From the NCBI GenBank assembly GCA_033762915.1, contig JANRLD010000042.1, forward strand, positions 192,001-256,000: 64,000 nt of DNA. The letters are read 5' to 3'. Shown here piece by piece: positions 39,510-49,493 of this stretch (positions within the stretch are counted from its first letter, which is position 1; each line of letters starts with the position of its first letter). Both the position numbers and the translations under genes were made by a program. Under the pieces are notes generated by a model. That model saw only the letters and a program-made list of their open reading frames with translations, had not been told where the DNA came from and ran no database searches. The DNA comes from Meiothermus sp. (GTDB taxonomy: Bacteria > Deinococcota > Deinococci > Deinococcales > Thermaceae).

Positions 39510-40676
39510 TTAGGGAGCAGCAGGAGCGGGGATCTTCAGGGTGGCGAACAGACGGCCAGGGTAGGAGGGAGCGGCACCGGCGATGCCGACGCCCAGCACG
39601 TAGTAGGTGCCCACCTTGGGGTCGCCCTTGCTGTCAAACTCGATGTCGCCGGAGATGCCGCTGAGCTTCTGCTTGCGGATCTCGGCGGCCACGGCGGCGC
39701 GCTCGGGGAGCTTGCCATTGTTGGCCTTGATGGCGGCCTCGATGGCGTTCAGGATGATGTTGGCGGCGTCGAAGGAGAGTACCGCGGTGCCCTCGGAGTC
39801 CTTGCCAAACTTGGCCTTGTACTGGGCCACGAAGGCGCGGGCGCGGGGGAAGGCGCTCACGGGACCGCCCACGGCGGTGTAGTAGGTGTTGACGGCGCCG
39901 GGGCCGGCCAGGCGCACGTACTCGCCGGAGTCAAGGCCGTCGCCGCCCACGATGGGCAGGCGGATGCCCGCAGCGCGCAGCTGGCGGGCGAAGGGGCCGG
40001 CCATGTCGTAGGTCGCGCCGACGTAGACGGTGTCGGGGCGGGCCAGGCGGATCTGGTTGATGATGGCGGCGAAGTTGGCCTTCTCCTCGGTGCCCACGTC
40101 GCCCACGATCTGAGCGCCCAGTTCCTTGGCACGCTTGACGAAGAACTCGGCCAGACCCTGGCCGTAGGCGGTCTTGTCGTTGATGACGAAGATCTTCCTG
40201 GACTTGAGGGTCTTGACGGCGAAGTCAGCGCCGGCGGGGCCTTGCACGTCGTCACGGCCGCAGACGCGGTTGGTCACGGCCAGCTTGCGGTCGGTGACCT
40301 TGGGGTTGGTGTTGGCGGGCGAGATCATCGCCACGCCCACGCGGGCGTACACCTCGGAGGAGGGGATGGCCACGCCGGAGTTGAGGTGACCCACGATGCC
40401 CAGGATGGCGGGGTCGTTGATGATGCGGTTGGCGTTGGCGACGCCGGTGTCGGGGTTGGCTTGGTCGTCGGTGGGCACCAGTTGCAGCTCGAAGCCCAGC
40501 GCCTTGAAGCGGGCCTGCGCGGCCTCAATGGCGATCTGGGTGCCGTTCTTGATCAGCTCGCCGGAGGCGGCCTGTGCACCCGAGAGGGGTGACGCGGTGG
40601 CGATCTTGATCACGTTCTGTGCGGAGGCCATACCCAATACGAGTACGCCCGCAGCAAGGATTGCTCTTTTCTTCAT
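39510..40676 (-). CDS. Branched-chain amino acid ABC transporter substrate-binding protein (LivJ/K-like)
   Basis: Signal peptide; PLSG, GHLNSGVAIPSS, GRDDVQG and DKTAYGQGLA. Confidence 0.92.
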   Translation of the reverse strand: MKKRAILAAGVLVLGMASAQNVIKIATASPLSGAQAASGELIKNGTQIAIEAAQARFKALGFELQLVPTDDQANPDTGVANANRIINDPAILGIVGHLNSGVAIPSSEVYARVGVAMISPANTNPKVTDRKLAVTNRVCGRDDVQGPAGADFAVKTLKSRKIFVINDKTAYGQGLAEFFVKRAKELGAQIVGDVGTEEKANFAAIINQIRLARPDTVYVGATYDMAGPFARQLRAAGIRLPIVGGDGLDSGEYVRLAGPGAVNTYYTAVGGPVSAFPRARAFVAQYKAKFGKDSEGTAVLSFDAANIILNAIEAAIKANNGKLPERAAVAAEIRKQKLSGISGDIEFDSKGDPKVGTYYVLGVGIAGAAPSYPGRLFATLKIPAPAAP

Positions 40677-41029
40677 TAGCCTCTCCTCCTCATCAACTAC
40701 TTAGCCTTTTTTGGCTGGTTTATTCTACCCGCCCCGCGCCAATTTTTGTCAACGCGAGCGCTTGGCTTTACCAGCCATCTTCAGAGTACACAAGAAAGAT
40801 TAAGCCACAACCATAGCTCAAGCTAATATTTACATCCCTGAAAATGCAAACGATTGGACCGCAGCACGGATTAAAGCGGGCTTAGGGAATGGCTCCATCT
40901 AATGGGGGATGGGGGTAGGGCGAGCGGGGGAGCAGGAAAGGGGAGAGTAGGGGGTAGAGCGTATAGAGAAACGCAAAACGCCAAGGTTTTTTCTCTATGC
41001 TCCACCCATCAGGCTCTACAATGTTGGCT

Positions 41030-41527
41030 ATGTACCACCTGGCTCAGTTCAACATTGCCAAGATGAACGCGCCCCTCGAGACCGAGATCATGCGTGAGTT
41101 CCGGGAGGGCTTGGAGCCCATGAACGCACTCGCCGAGCGGTCTCCGGGCTACATCTGGCACCTGCGGGGCGAGAACGGGAGCAGCTCGAGCGACATCCGG
41201 CCCTACGGCGAGGACATCCTGATCAATCTCTCGGTTTGGGAGGGCCTCGATAGCCTCAAGGCCTACACCTACAGCGGCCCCCACTTCGACTACCTGAAGC
41301 GCCGCAAGGAGTGGTTCGCGCACCTCAAAGAGCGCTTCTTGGTCCTGTGGTGGGTTCCGGCGGGGCACCAGCCGACCTTGGAAGAGGCCATGGGGCGGCT
41401 CGAGCACCTGCACAAACACGGGCCTACCGAGCACGCCTTCACCATAGCGAAGGTGTTTGACAGGCCCCATACCCCGACCGATGCCAAAGCCTCGACGCTC
41501 TCAGAGGAAGAGGGAGTCTTGTCTTGA
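41030..41527 (+). CDS. DUF3291 family protein
   Basis: HLAQFNIA, NALAERSPGYIW, NLSVWE, RRKEWF and LWWVPAGH. Confidence 0.85.
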   Translation: MYHLAQFNIAKMNAPLETEIMREFREGLEPMNALAERSPGYIWHLRGENGSSSSDIRPYGEDILINLSVWEGLDSLKAYTYSGPHFDYLKRRKEWFAHLKERFLVLWWVPAGHQPTLEEAMGRLEHLHKHGPTEHAFTIAKVFDRPHTPTDAKASTLSEEEGVLS

Positions 41528-41862
41528 AGGCCGTCAAACTCTTTCAGGGCTACCTCTGGCACCCCAGAGAACTCGAGTTCGACCCCAGGGCCGCCCTGCC
41601 CCAGAAGTTTGAGACCGGCCTCGAGGACGGCCCCGTTTTCCTCTTGCTCGATCCCGTGCACCCGCCCATGACCTTCTTCGAGGACGGCACCATGACCGAG
41701 ACCCAGCGGTTTTATCAGCTCACGCTGCTGGTGCGTACCCAGAAGGAACCGGGCCAACTCAAATACCTGAGCGAGTGGGTGAGCGGCGAGCTCAACCCTA
41801 TCCTTAATGCCACCCCTAAGAGCGTGGGCTGGCAGTTGATAGAGGATTTGCGGCAGGTCTGA
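41524..41862 (+). CDS. DUF3208-like Deinococcus-Thermus protein
   Basis: AVKLFQGYLWHP...PPMTFFEDGT...FYQLT...VGW. Confidence 0.7.
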   Translation: MKAVKLFQGYLWHPRELEFDPRAALPQKFETGLEDGPVFLLLDPVHPPMTFFEDGTMTETQRFYQLTLLVRTQKEPGQLKYLSEWVSGELNPILNATPKSVGWQLIEDLRQV

Positions 41863-42107
41863 TCGCGCTCCCCAAGAACACCCGGTACGGTTTGCTGTAC
41901 CAAGTGCTCGTGGGAACTGCTGTCACAAAGAAATACGGTCGCTCCAAGGCTGCCGTTGGGGGCAAAGCCTACCTCCTGCGCACGACCCTGGCCCCCGTGG
42001 ATTCTGACGCCGACGTCCCCTGACCCACAGCGGTTCAACTTATCCCCGGGCCGGGTTTCGCAAAGCCATCGCGCAGCACCGCGGCCTCGAGCCCTGCAAA
42101 GACCGCG

Positions 42108-43448
42108 TCAGGCCGAACGCGTGTCCTTATGGGCGTCGTGGTCGGGGATCAAGTCCTCGGCGTTGCGGACGGCGGGGAACAGGTAGGCGGCCGCCGCAAA
42201 CGCCACCCCCAGCAGCCCGGCGCAGACCAGCATCAGCCCGATCCCCGCGCCCGGCCCCACCCCCACCAGAGGGCCGAAGGCCCCAGCCCACGCGCCGCCC
42301 TCCATCATCGCTGGGGTGAACACCCGGTCGGCCAGCGGCCCCGCCGCCAGCATGGACACAGGCGAGGCCATCCAGGCGATCATGCGGCGGGCCGCGAAGA
42401 CCTTGCCCTGAATGTCCGGCGGCACCTTGGCCTGCCAGATGGCTTGGTTGGAGGCGTTGAGCAGGTGGATCAGCGGGAAGGCCAGGAAGGCCGCCGTCGC
42501 CCAGACCCAGACGCTCTGCCCCAGCCCCATCAGCACGCTCCCGCACAGGCTGCTGCCTATCATCCCCAGCAGCACCCCGTGGACGCGCCGCCGGGGGCCG
42601 CCCCAGACCGAGAGCAGCACCCCACCCAGCACCCCGCCCAGCCCCGCCGCGGTGTTGACCGTAGCCAGCGCGGCCTCGGAGCCCGCCGTGCGGGCCAAAA
42701 TCATGGCGTTCTGCACCGCGCCGCCCAGGTTGGAGACCAGGTTGATGAGCAGGAAGACCAGCTGCAGGCCCAGCAGGGAGGGCCTCGAGAAGATATACCT
42801 AAACCCGTACACCGCCTCTTGCAGCAGGCTGCCCCGGCTTTGCACACCTTCGGCGCTCTGCTTAGGCTGGGGCACCCGGACAAAGATCAGCGTGGCGAAG
42901 GCGAAAGCGAAGCTGATTAGGTCGAGCCAGAGAATTCCGCCCAGCCCGATTGTGCTGTACAGGAGCGCCCCAATCACCGGTGCCCCGATTCCCGAGGCCG
43001 ACTGGGCCAGCGAGAGCATCGCGTTGGCCCGCCCGTAGTCCTTTTTTTCCACCATGGTGGAGATGGCGGCGGAGTAGGCGGGCCACTGGAAGGCGCTGAA
43101 CAGCCCGGTGATGGCCGCGCCCGCGTAGAGGTGCCAGATTTGCAGGCTGCCGGACAACTCGAGCACCAGCAGCATCAAGATTGCCGCCGCGCCCCCCAGG
43201 TCGGAGAGCATCATCATCTGCTTGCGGTTGCCCCGATCCACCCAGGCCCCCGCGAAGGGCGAGATCAGCACCAGCGGCAAGAAGTGGAAGAAGCCCATCA
43301 GGGCCAGAGAGGTCGCTAGCCCGGTCTTCTCGAAGGCCCACAGGGTGAAGGCGAAGTTGGCGACCTCCGAGCCGGTGAGCGACAAGAGCTGACCGACGGC
43401 GACCAGGGTGAAGGCGGGCAGTCCCGTGCGGAGGTGGGAAAGGTTCAT
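42108..43448 (-). CDS. MFS efflux transporter (DHA3/MefA-like)
   Basis: GQLLSLTGS, AGAWVDRGNRK, FQWPAYSA and QAKVPPDIQGKVF. Confidence 0.88.
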   Translation of the reverse strand: MNLSHLRTGLPAFTLVAVGQLLSLTGSEVANFAFTLWAFEKTGLATSLALMGFFHFLPLVLISPFAGAWVDRGNRKQMMMLSDLGGAAAILMLLVLELSGSLQIWHLYAGAAITGLFSAFQWPAYSAAISTMVEKKDYGRANAMLSLAQSASGIGAPVIGALLYSTIGLGGILWLDLISFAFAFATLIFVRVPQPKQSAEGVQSRGSLLQEAVYGFRYIFSRPSLLGLQLVFLLINLVSNLGGAVQNAMILARTAGSEAALATVNTAAGLGGVLGGVLLSVWGGPRRRVHGVLLGMIGSSLCGSVLMGLGQSVWVWATAAFLAFPLIHLLNASNQAIWQAKVPPDIQGKVFAARRMIAWMASPVSMLAAGPLADRVFTPAMMEGGAWAGAFGPLVGVGPGAGIGLMLVCAGLLGVAFAAAAYLFPAVRNAEDLIPDHDAHKDTRSA

Positions 43449-43610
43449 GGGGAGCGCTTAGGAAAGCGATGGGCCGCGAGCGAGGAGCTATAAGAACCAC
43501 AAGATAGACAGTCTTTGCAGGGCCTGGTGGGCAAAACCTTCATGCGCAGCTCGAGGACAGCAGGAGGCTAGTTCTACTGGCCTCGAGTGCTGTGGCTAAA
43601 GATAGGGGGT

Positions 43611-43646
43611 CTCTACTCGAGAAAAAAGTTATAGATTAGAGTAGAG
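43611..43646. promoter_or_regulatory. Inverted repeat upstream of the wHTH gene
   Basis: CTCTACTC...GAGTAGAG flanking an AT-rich -10-like region between divergent genes. Confidence 0.35.
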
Positions 43647-43648
43647 GT

Positions 43649-44371
43649 GTGTCCCAGGTCTCAGGTCGCAAATCGCGGGTCGAACACCAAAAGCCGAGAG
43701 CAGCAAGGCCATCGGCCCTCCACGCTCCAGCCTCCACGCTCCAGCCGCCAAAAGAGCTGACCTCTTCGCTGGCGGCACGAATACTGGCCGACCCGGATAT
43801 CGCGGTGTTCATCAAGCCGTTCATGCGGGGCAGTGCCACGGTGAAGCAGGCGGCGGACGAGTTCGGCCAGCCGATCCAGACCATGCACTATCGGGTCGAG
43901 CAGATGGCGCAGGCGGGGATGCTCGAGGTAGCCGAGGTTCAGGGGCGCAGGGGGCGGCCCATCAAGCACTACAGGGCGACCGCGGCGGCTTTTCAGGTGG
44001 CCACGCGCCTGGTTCCGTCCCGCATTCTCGAGGCGCTGGAGAATCAGATTTCCTGGAAGGTCGGCTTCGAGCAGGCGCTCGAGCAGGTCACCGAGGACAG
44101 GCACTACCCAGACCAGGTGGTGATGTACTACCTCGAGGCCGACGACATTTTGGTGTGGTCGGATCGGCCCGAGGGTAAGCTCGAGGCTCCCGCTGTCCTG
44201 GCCGATGATGCTCCGGCGGTGCTTAACCACTGGTCGGGCGCGGTCTATCTGGACAAGGCCGATGCCAAGGCCTTTCAGCGTGAACTGTGGGAACTCTACG
44301 AGCGCTATGCCCACCGCCAGGGCCGGGAGAAGTACCGGGTACATCTTGGCCTGGCCCCCAGCCCGAAGTGA
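43649..44371 (+). CDS. Winged-HTH (ArsR-like) regulator
   Basis: TVKQAADEF..QTMHYRV..M..AGMLEV...RGRPIKHYRA; divergent from the MFS gene. Confidence 0.7.
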   Translation: MSQVSGRKSRVEHQKPRAARPSALHAPASTLQPPKELTSSLAARILADPDIAVFIKPFMRGSATVKQAADEFGQPIQTMHYRVEQMAQAGMLEVAEVQGRRGRPIKHYRATAAAFQVATRLVPSRILEALENQISWKVGFEQALEQVTEDRHYPDQVVMYYLEADDILVWSDRPEGKLEAPAVLADDAPAVLNHWSGAVYLDKADAKAFQRELWELYERYAHRQGREKYRVHLGLAPSPK

Positions 44372-44696
44372 TGATTCTCATCCGCGTAACGTGTGGAAAA
44401 GTTGTGAATTTGTCTGCAGGTCTGCGATTCTACAGGCACCGTTACGTATTTTGAGGTAAATCCTCTTTTCGCGTCTCATCTCGAGGTTAATCTTCGAAAT
44501 CGTTTGCGGCTGCCTCGTTACTCCAGATTTCGTTGTCTGGATAAAGCTAAACCAAGCCCAACAGAATTCCGTCAAAGCCCGTAACGGTCGTATAAACCTA
44601 ACCTCGGCTTGGGGTGGGATAGTCTATCGTTACGCACCTGGGAGAATGCGTTACGAAAGAAGTAACGCACCCACGTGCTTCATCAGGAAATCGACA

Positions 44697-46199
44697 ATGT
44701 CTCTCGATCACTCTTTCTCTGTCCCTCGTCTTGCTGTGTCGGTTTTCCTGGTGATGTTGCTGGCTGCTTGTGGGGCTCCAACCCCTCCCCCCTCCTCGAC
44801 CCAGACCCCGAGCCCCACGAGCACCCCCAGCACCCCCTCCAGCCCCAACCCCGCCCCTACCACCAGCCCCACCCTGATTGCGAGCAAGACCGTTAGCTAT
44901 CAAGCCAGCGACGAACTCTTCCCCAACCCCGAGCGTGGCTTCCGCGTCGGGGCGCAGCTCGGCCACCGCATCGGTGCCGCTGAGCTGGCCTGGATCGACA
45001 TGCCGGCCATGTTCCGGCGGGGCGAGCGGGTTTTCCAGAGCTACGTCAGCCTGCAAAACTTCAAGACCGGCCCCATCTCCGAAGAGTACTTGGCCCAACT
45101 GCGGGGGCGGCTCGAGGAGGTGCGCCGGGTGGGCCTTAAGACCAGCCTGCGCTTCTGGTACACCTGGGCCGAGACCGAAGTGGACGCGCCCCGCGATGTG
45201 ATGATGAACCACATCCGGCAGCTCGGCCCCCTGCTGCGCGACTTCTCCGATGTCATCCTGACCGTGCAGGCCGGTTTCATCGGGGCCTGGGGCGAGTGGC
45301 ACAGCAGCGCCAACGGTCTCGCCAACGACGCCGACCGCCGCGCCGTGGTTGAAGCCCTGATCCGTATCCTCCCCGCCGACCGCAAGGTGCAGCTTCGCTA
45401 CGTCGAGGCCCTCAAGCTGTTCGCCCCCGGCGGCATCACCGAGGCCCAGGCCTTCGGCGACCCGGTGCTCTCGCGCATCGGCCACCATAACGACTGCTTC
45501 ATGGTCAACGACCGCGACGCGGGAACCTACGGCTTCAGCTGGCAGAGCATCCCCAACATGGCCCAGCGCATCACCGAGGAGCGGGCCTACTTGCAACAGC
45601 TCGCCAAGTACCTGCCCGTCGGCGGCGAGATGTGCGGGGACGTGCCCGAGACCGGCTCCGACCCCTTCGGTCGCCGAACCCCCGAGGGCCAGCTGGCCGA
45701 GTTTGCCCGCTTCGGCTGGAGCTGGATCGCCAACGACTTCGGCTACGTGGACCGCTGGCGCGCGTGGGGCATCTACGACACCATCAGCCGCAACCTCGGC
45801 TACCGCCTGAGCCTCACCGAGTCCAGCGTGCCCGAGACCGCCAAAGGTAGCCTCAGGATGAGCCTTACCCTGAAGAACACCGGCTGGGCCGCGCCGGTCA
45901 ACCCTAGAGCGGTGCGGATCGTGCTGCGCGAGGCGACCGGCCTGGGCCGCGCGTTCAGCCTCGAGGTGCCCGCCGAGGTGCGCAAGTGGTACGCGGGCGG
46001 CACCTACACCCTCAACGTCGACCGGGTGCTGCCCGCCGAGATGCCTGCTGGCACCTATCAGGTTCTTCTGCACCTCGCCGACCCTTACGCCACGCTCAGC
46101 GCCCGCCCCGAGTACGCAATCCGGCTGGCGAATCGGGGCCTGTGGGAGGCCGGCACAGGCTACAACGACCTGAAGCAGACCGTGCGGGTGGAGCGCTGA
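44697..46199 (+). CDS. Lipoprotein, DUF4874/DUF4832-like (putative glycoside hydrolase fold)
   Basis: LLAAC lipobox, Pro/Thr/Ser linker, NPERGF, QAGFIGAWGEWH, GHHNDCF and LGYRL. Confidence 0.75.
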   Translation: MSLDHSFSVPRLAVSVFLVMLLAACGAPTPPPSSTQTPSPTSTPSTPSSPNPAPTTSPTLIASKTVSYQASDELFPNPERGFRVGAQLGHRIGAAELAWIDMPAMFRRGERVFQSYVSLQNFKTGPISEEYLAQLRGRLEEVRRVGLKTSLRFWYTWAETEVDAPRDVMMNHIRQLGPLLRDFSDVILTVQAGFIGAWGEWHSSANGLANDADRRAVVEALIRILPADRKVQLRYVEALKLFAPGGITEAQAFGDPVLSRIGHHNDCFMVNDRDAGTYGFSWQSIPNMAQRITEERAYLQQLAKYLPVGGEMCGDVPETGSDPFGRRTPEGQLAEFARFGWSWIANDFGYVDRWRAWGIYDTISRNLGYRLSLTESSVPETAKGSLRMSLTLKNTGWAAPVNPRAVRIVLREATGLGRAFSLEVPAEVRKWYAGGTYTLNVDRVLPAEMPAGTYQVLLHLADPYATLSARPEYAIRLANRGLWEAGTGYNDLKQTVRVER

Positions 46200-46403
46200 G
46201 GGCCGAGGGCCCAACGCCGGATGTCGCGTTCCCAAAGTCCCTGAGCTGCTCGGGGGTTTAAGGCCGCGCCTCGAGTCGGGGCGCTCGGATTTTGAGGGTC
46301 TGCACGGCTGAACTACGGAATGCCGGTCCGAGTCGCCCGCCAAGGAATTGCCCTGGGGCAAGCACAGAGACACCCATCAGCGGTGTTCGCCGGCCTCGCG
46401 TAG

Positions 46404-46439
46404 ACCCCGGCCATCCCCCGAACGGGGGATGGCCGGGGT
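46404..46439. terminator. Very strong hairpin (17-bp perfect inverted repeat)
   Basis: ACCCCGGCCATCCCCCG-AA-CGGGGGATGGCCGGGGT. Confidence 0.5.
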
Positions 46440-46754
46440 TCTTCCTGCGGAGTCATGACGGAGGGAGGCCGGTTTGTTCGCTTTGGGTTCATTACTTCAG
46501 TCGGGACAAAAAACTCTGGGAAAGCCCAAATTGTTGCCCAAGTTGCAGGGACAAGGTCCTGCTTTTCCGTATGCTGGGCGGCAGTAGCGAAAAGTTTTAG
46601 GGCCACCGCCCGATATACCAAACCCCTATCTCGGTCTCTATCTCAGGCAATAGCCAAAACCTATCTCGGCGGCGCGACAGGCCGCGGGCTGGGTTTGGCG
46701 GTTTGCCCTCGAGGGGACGGGGCGGGGCGAGGAGCTACGACACGGAGGAACGGT

Positions 46755-48284
46755 ATGCGACTTAAACTCTTGGCCGCGCTGGTGCTGGGGATGGGCCTCT
46801 CGATAGCCCTGGCCCAGCCCCGCACCCTGATCATCGCCCAGGGCACCGACCCCACCTCGCTCGACGCCCCGCTGGCCACCGACTCGCCCTCGGGCACGGT
46901 GAGCCGCCATGTGGTCGAGCCGCTGTTCGACTACACCCCCGACGGGCGCATCGTACCCCTGCTGGTGGAGCGCTTCAGCTTCAGCACCGACCGCAAGACC
47001 CTGACCCTCAACCTGCGCCGGGGCATCAAGTTCCACGACGGTACCGACTTCAACGCCGAGGCGGTTAAGTTCAACCTCGAGCGCCTGGTCTCCCAGGAGC
47101 TGGCCTCTTCCTTCGCCTTCCTGCTGCGCGGCCGGGTCAGCGCCATCGAGGCTCCCGACGCGCTCACGGTGCGGCTGCGGATGCCCGAGCCCTTCGCCCC
47201 CATCCTGGCCCACCTGACCCACGGCTCGGCCTCGATCCAGAGCCCCACCGCCATCCGCCGCCTGGGCGCCAACTACCGCGACAACCCGGTGGGCACCGGC
47301 CCCTACAAGTTCGACCGCTGGCAGAAGGGCCAGTTTGTCGAGCTGGTCCGCAACGACGACTACTGGGGCACCAAACCCTCCGTGGAGCGCCTGCGCTTCC
47401 TGGCGGTGCCCGAGGCCACCACCCGCATGGCGCTGGTCGAGACCGGACAAGCCCACGTAGCGGTGCGCGTGCCGCCGCAGGACGTGCAGCGGCTCAACGC
47501 CCGGCCCGAGATCGACGTGGTGACCACCCCCAGCGTGCGCACCATCTACCTCTACTTCAACCATACCAAGAAGCCCTTCGACGACGTGCGGGTGCGCCGG
47601 GCCATCAACCTGGCCATCAACCGCGAAGAGATCGTGAACTTTGTGCTTGGCGGCTTCGGGCGGGTCTCCGACGCGCCCATCGGGCCGGGCATCTTCGGCT
47701 ATACCCGCATCGGCAACTACGGCTTCAACCAGTCCGAGGCCAGACGCCTGCTGGCCCAGGCCGGCTTTAACGCCCAGAACCCGCTGCGCTTCACCCTCTC
47801 GAGCCCCAACGGGCGCTACCTGCAGGACATCCGCGTTTCCGAGGCGATTCAGAGCCAGCTCCGCGCGGTGGGGGTCGAGGCCCAAATTCAGACCCTCGAG
47901 TGGGGCGCCTACCTGGCCGCCAGCAACCAGCCCAAGGACAAGAACGAGTTCCAGGTGGCGATGCTGGGCTGGGGCACCGTGACCGGCGACGCCGACTACG
48001 GGCTGTTCGGGCTGTTCCACACCTCGCAGCACGCCCCCAGCGGCTTCAACCGGGGCTTCTACTCCAACCCCCGCGTCGACCGGATCTTGGAGCAGGCCCG
48101 CGTGGTCACCACCCCGCAGGCCCGTCAGCAGCTCTACGCCAACGTGATGCGGCTGATCTACAACGACGCGCCCTGGGTGCTGCTGCACACCGAGCAGCAG
48201 GTCACCGCGATCCGCAAGGAGGTCGCGGGCTTCGTGGTGCACCCCACCGAGCGCCTGATCGCCAGCACTGCCAGCTTCCGCTAG
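46755..48284 (+). CDS. Peptide/glutathione ABC transporter substrate-binding protein (family 5)
   Basis: GGAGG RBS, signal peptide, LRRGIKFHDGTDFNAEAVKFNL, PVGTGPY and RVRRAINLAINRE. Confidence 0.92.
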   Translation: MRLKLLAALVLGMGLSIALAQPRTLIIAQGTDPTSLDAPLATDSPSGTVSRHVVEPLFDYTPDGRIVPLLVERFSFSTDRKTLTLNLRRGIKFHDGTDFNAEAVKFNLERLVSQELASSFAFLLRGRVSAIEAPDALTVRLRMPEPFAPILAHLTHGSASIQSPTAIRRLGANYRDNPVGTGPYKFDRWQKGQFVELVRNDDYWGTKPSVERLRFLAVPEATTRMALVETGQAHVAVRVPPQDVQRLNARPEIDVVTTPSVRTIYLYFNHTKKPFDDVRVRRAINLAINREEIVNFVLGGFGRVSDAPIGPGIFGYTRIGNYGFNQSEARRLLAQAGFNAQNPLRFTLSSPNGRYLQDIRVSEAIQSQLRAVGVEAQIQTLEWGAYLAASNQPKDKNEFQVAMLGWGTVTGDADYGLFGLFHTSQHAPSGFNRGFYSNPRVDRILEQARVVTTPQARQQLYANVMRLIYNDAPWVLLHTEQQVTAIRKEVAGFVVHPTERLIASTASFR

Positions 48285-48540
48285 GCCGCCTTCGCCCCCG
48301 CCTCCGGGCGGGGGCCCATCAAGAACCGGCAGCAACAGCGCCCAACCACCACCCTACGAGACCGCCGTCATTCCGAGCAGAGCGAGGAATCTCACGAGGC
48401 CAAGCGCACGCTCACGGCGAGCCCGCGGGCCCTCCAGTCCCAAGTGGCCTAACACCGGGGACCGCTGCCAGAGTGACGCCGGTTAATTTGATAAGATTTC
48501 CCCTCCAAGCGCTGTTCTCGAGTATGAAACCGAGTATCCA

Positions 48541-49461
48541 ATGGCTAACTACATCGCCCGCCGCCTGCTCACGGTAATCCCCACGCTGCTGGGGGTGCTG
48601 CTGGTGGTCTTCCTGATGGTGCGGCTGGCCCCCGGCGACCCCGCAGAACTGCTGGCTGGGGAGTTCGCCACCCCCGAGACCCTGGCCGACATCCGCGAGC
48701 GCTTCGGCCTCGACCAGCCGCTCCCCGCCCAGCTCGCACTTTACGTGGCCAACATGTTCCAGGGCGACCTGGGCGAGTCGGTTCGCACCCGCCAGCCGGT
48801 CACCGAGGAGCTGGCCGACTACTTTCCCAACACCCTCGCCCTGACCCTGGGGGCCATGGTGGTGGCGCTGTTGATCGGGGTTCCGGCGGGCATCGTCTCG
48901 GCCATCCGGCCTGGCACGGCCATCGACCTGCTGGCCATGTTGGGGGCCCTGATCGGGGTCTCGATGCCGGTGTTCTGGTTCGGGCTGATGGCCATCCTGA
49001 TCTTCGCGGTTCAGCTCCAGTGGTTCCCGGTGGCGGGCACGGGCACGGTCTGGCACATGGTGCTGCCCGCCATCACCCTGGGGCTGGGCACCGCCTCGAT
49101 TCTGGCCCGCATGACCCGCAGCGCGATGCTCGAGGTGCTCTCGCAGGACTTCATCCGCACCGCCAGGGCCAAGGGGGTGGCGGGCCGGGTGGTGGTCTTC
49201 AAGCACGCCTTCCGCAACGCCCTGATTCCGGTAGTGACGATTACGGGTTTGCAGTTCGGAGGGCTCCTGGAGGGCGCGGTCATCACCGAGACCGTCTTCG
49301 CCTGGCCGGGCATCGGGCAGCTGCTGGTGGGCTCGATCTTGTCGAGGGACTACCCGGTGGTGCAGGGCGCGGTGCTCTTGATCGCGGTGGCCTTTATCCT
49401 GATTAACCTGATCGTTGACCTGATGTACGGGGCCATTGACCCGAGGATTCGCTATGACTGA
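48541..49461 (+). CDS. Peptide ABC transporter permease (DppB/GsiC-like)
   Basis: APGDPA, FIRTARAKG EAA loop and ETVFAWPGIG. Confidence 0.93.
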   Translation: MANYIARRLLTVIPTLLGVLLVVFLMVRLAPGDPAELLAGEFATPETLADIRERFGLDQPLPAQLALYVANMFQGDLGESVRTRQPVTEELADYFPNTLALTLGAMVVALLIGVPAGIVSAIRPGTAIDLLAMLGALIGVSMPVFWFGLMAILIFAVQLQWFPVAGTGTVWHMVLPAITLGLGTASILARMTRSAMLEVLSQDFIRTARAKGVAGRVVVFKHAFRNALIPVVTITGLQFGGLLEGAVITETVFAWPGIGQLLVGSILSRDYPVVQGAVLLIAVAFILINLIVDLMYGAIDPRIRYD

Positions 49462-49493
49462 AGGTCATCCGAGCGCAACCCCAAGGACCGCCC

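Noticed and set aside
46370..46560. 6S RNA
   Set aside because: There is a slight 5' resemblance (GCGGTGTTCG), but I could not build the long closing stem and central bubble.
48366..48392. GTCATTCCGAGC...GCGAGGAATCT REP-like half element
   Set aside because: It is a single copy in the window with no partner arm, so the support is too thin.
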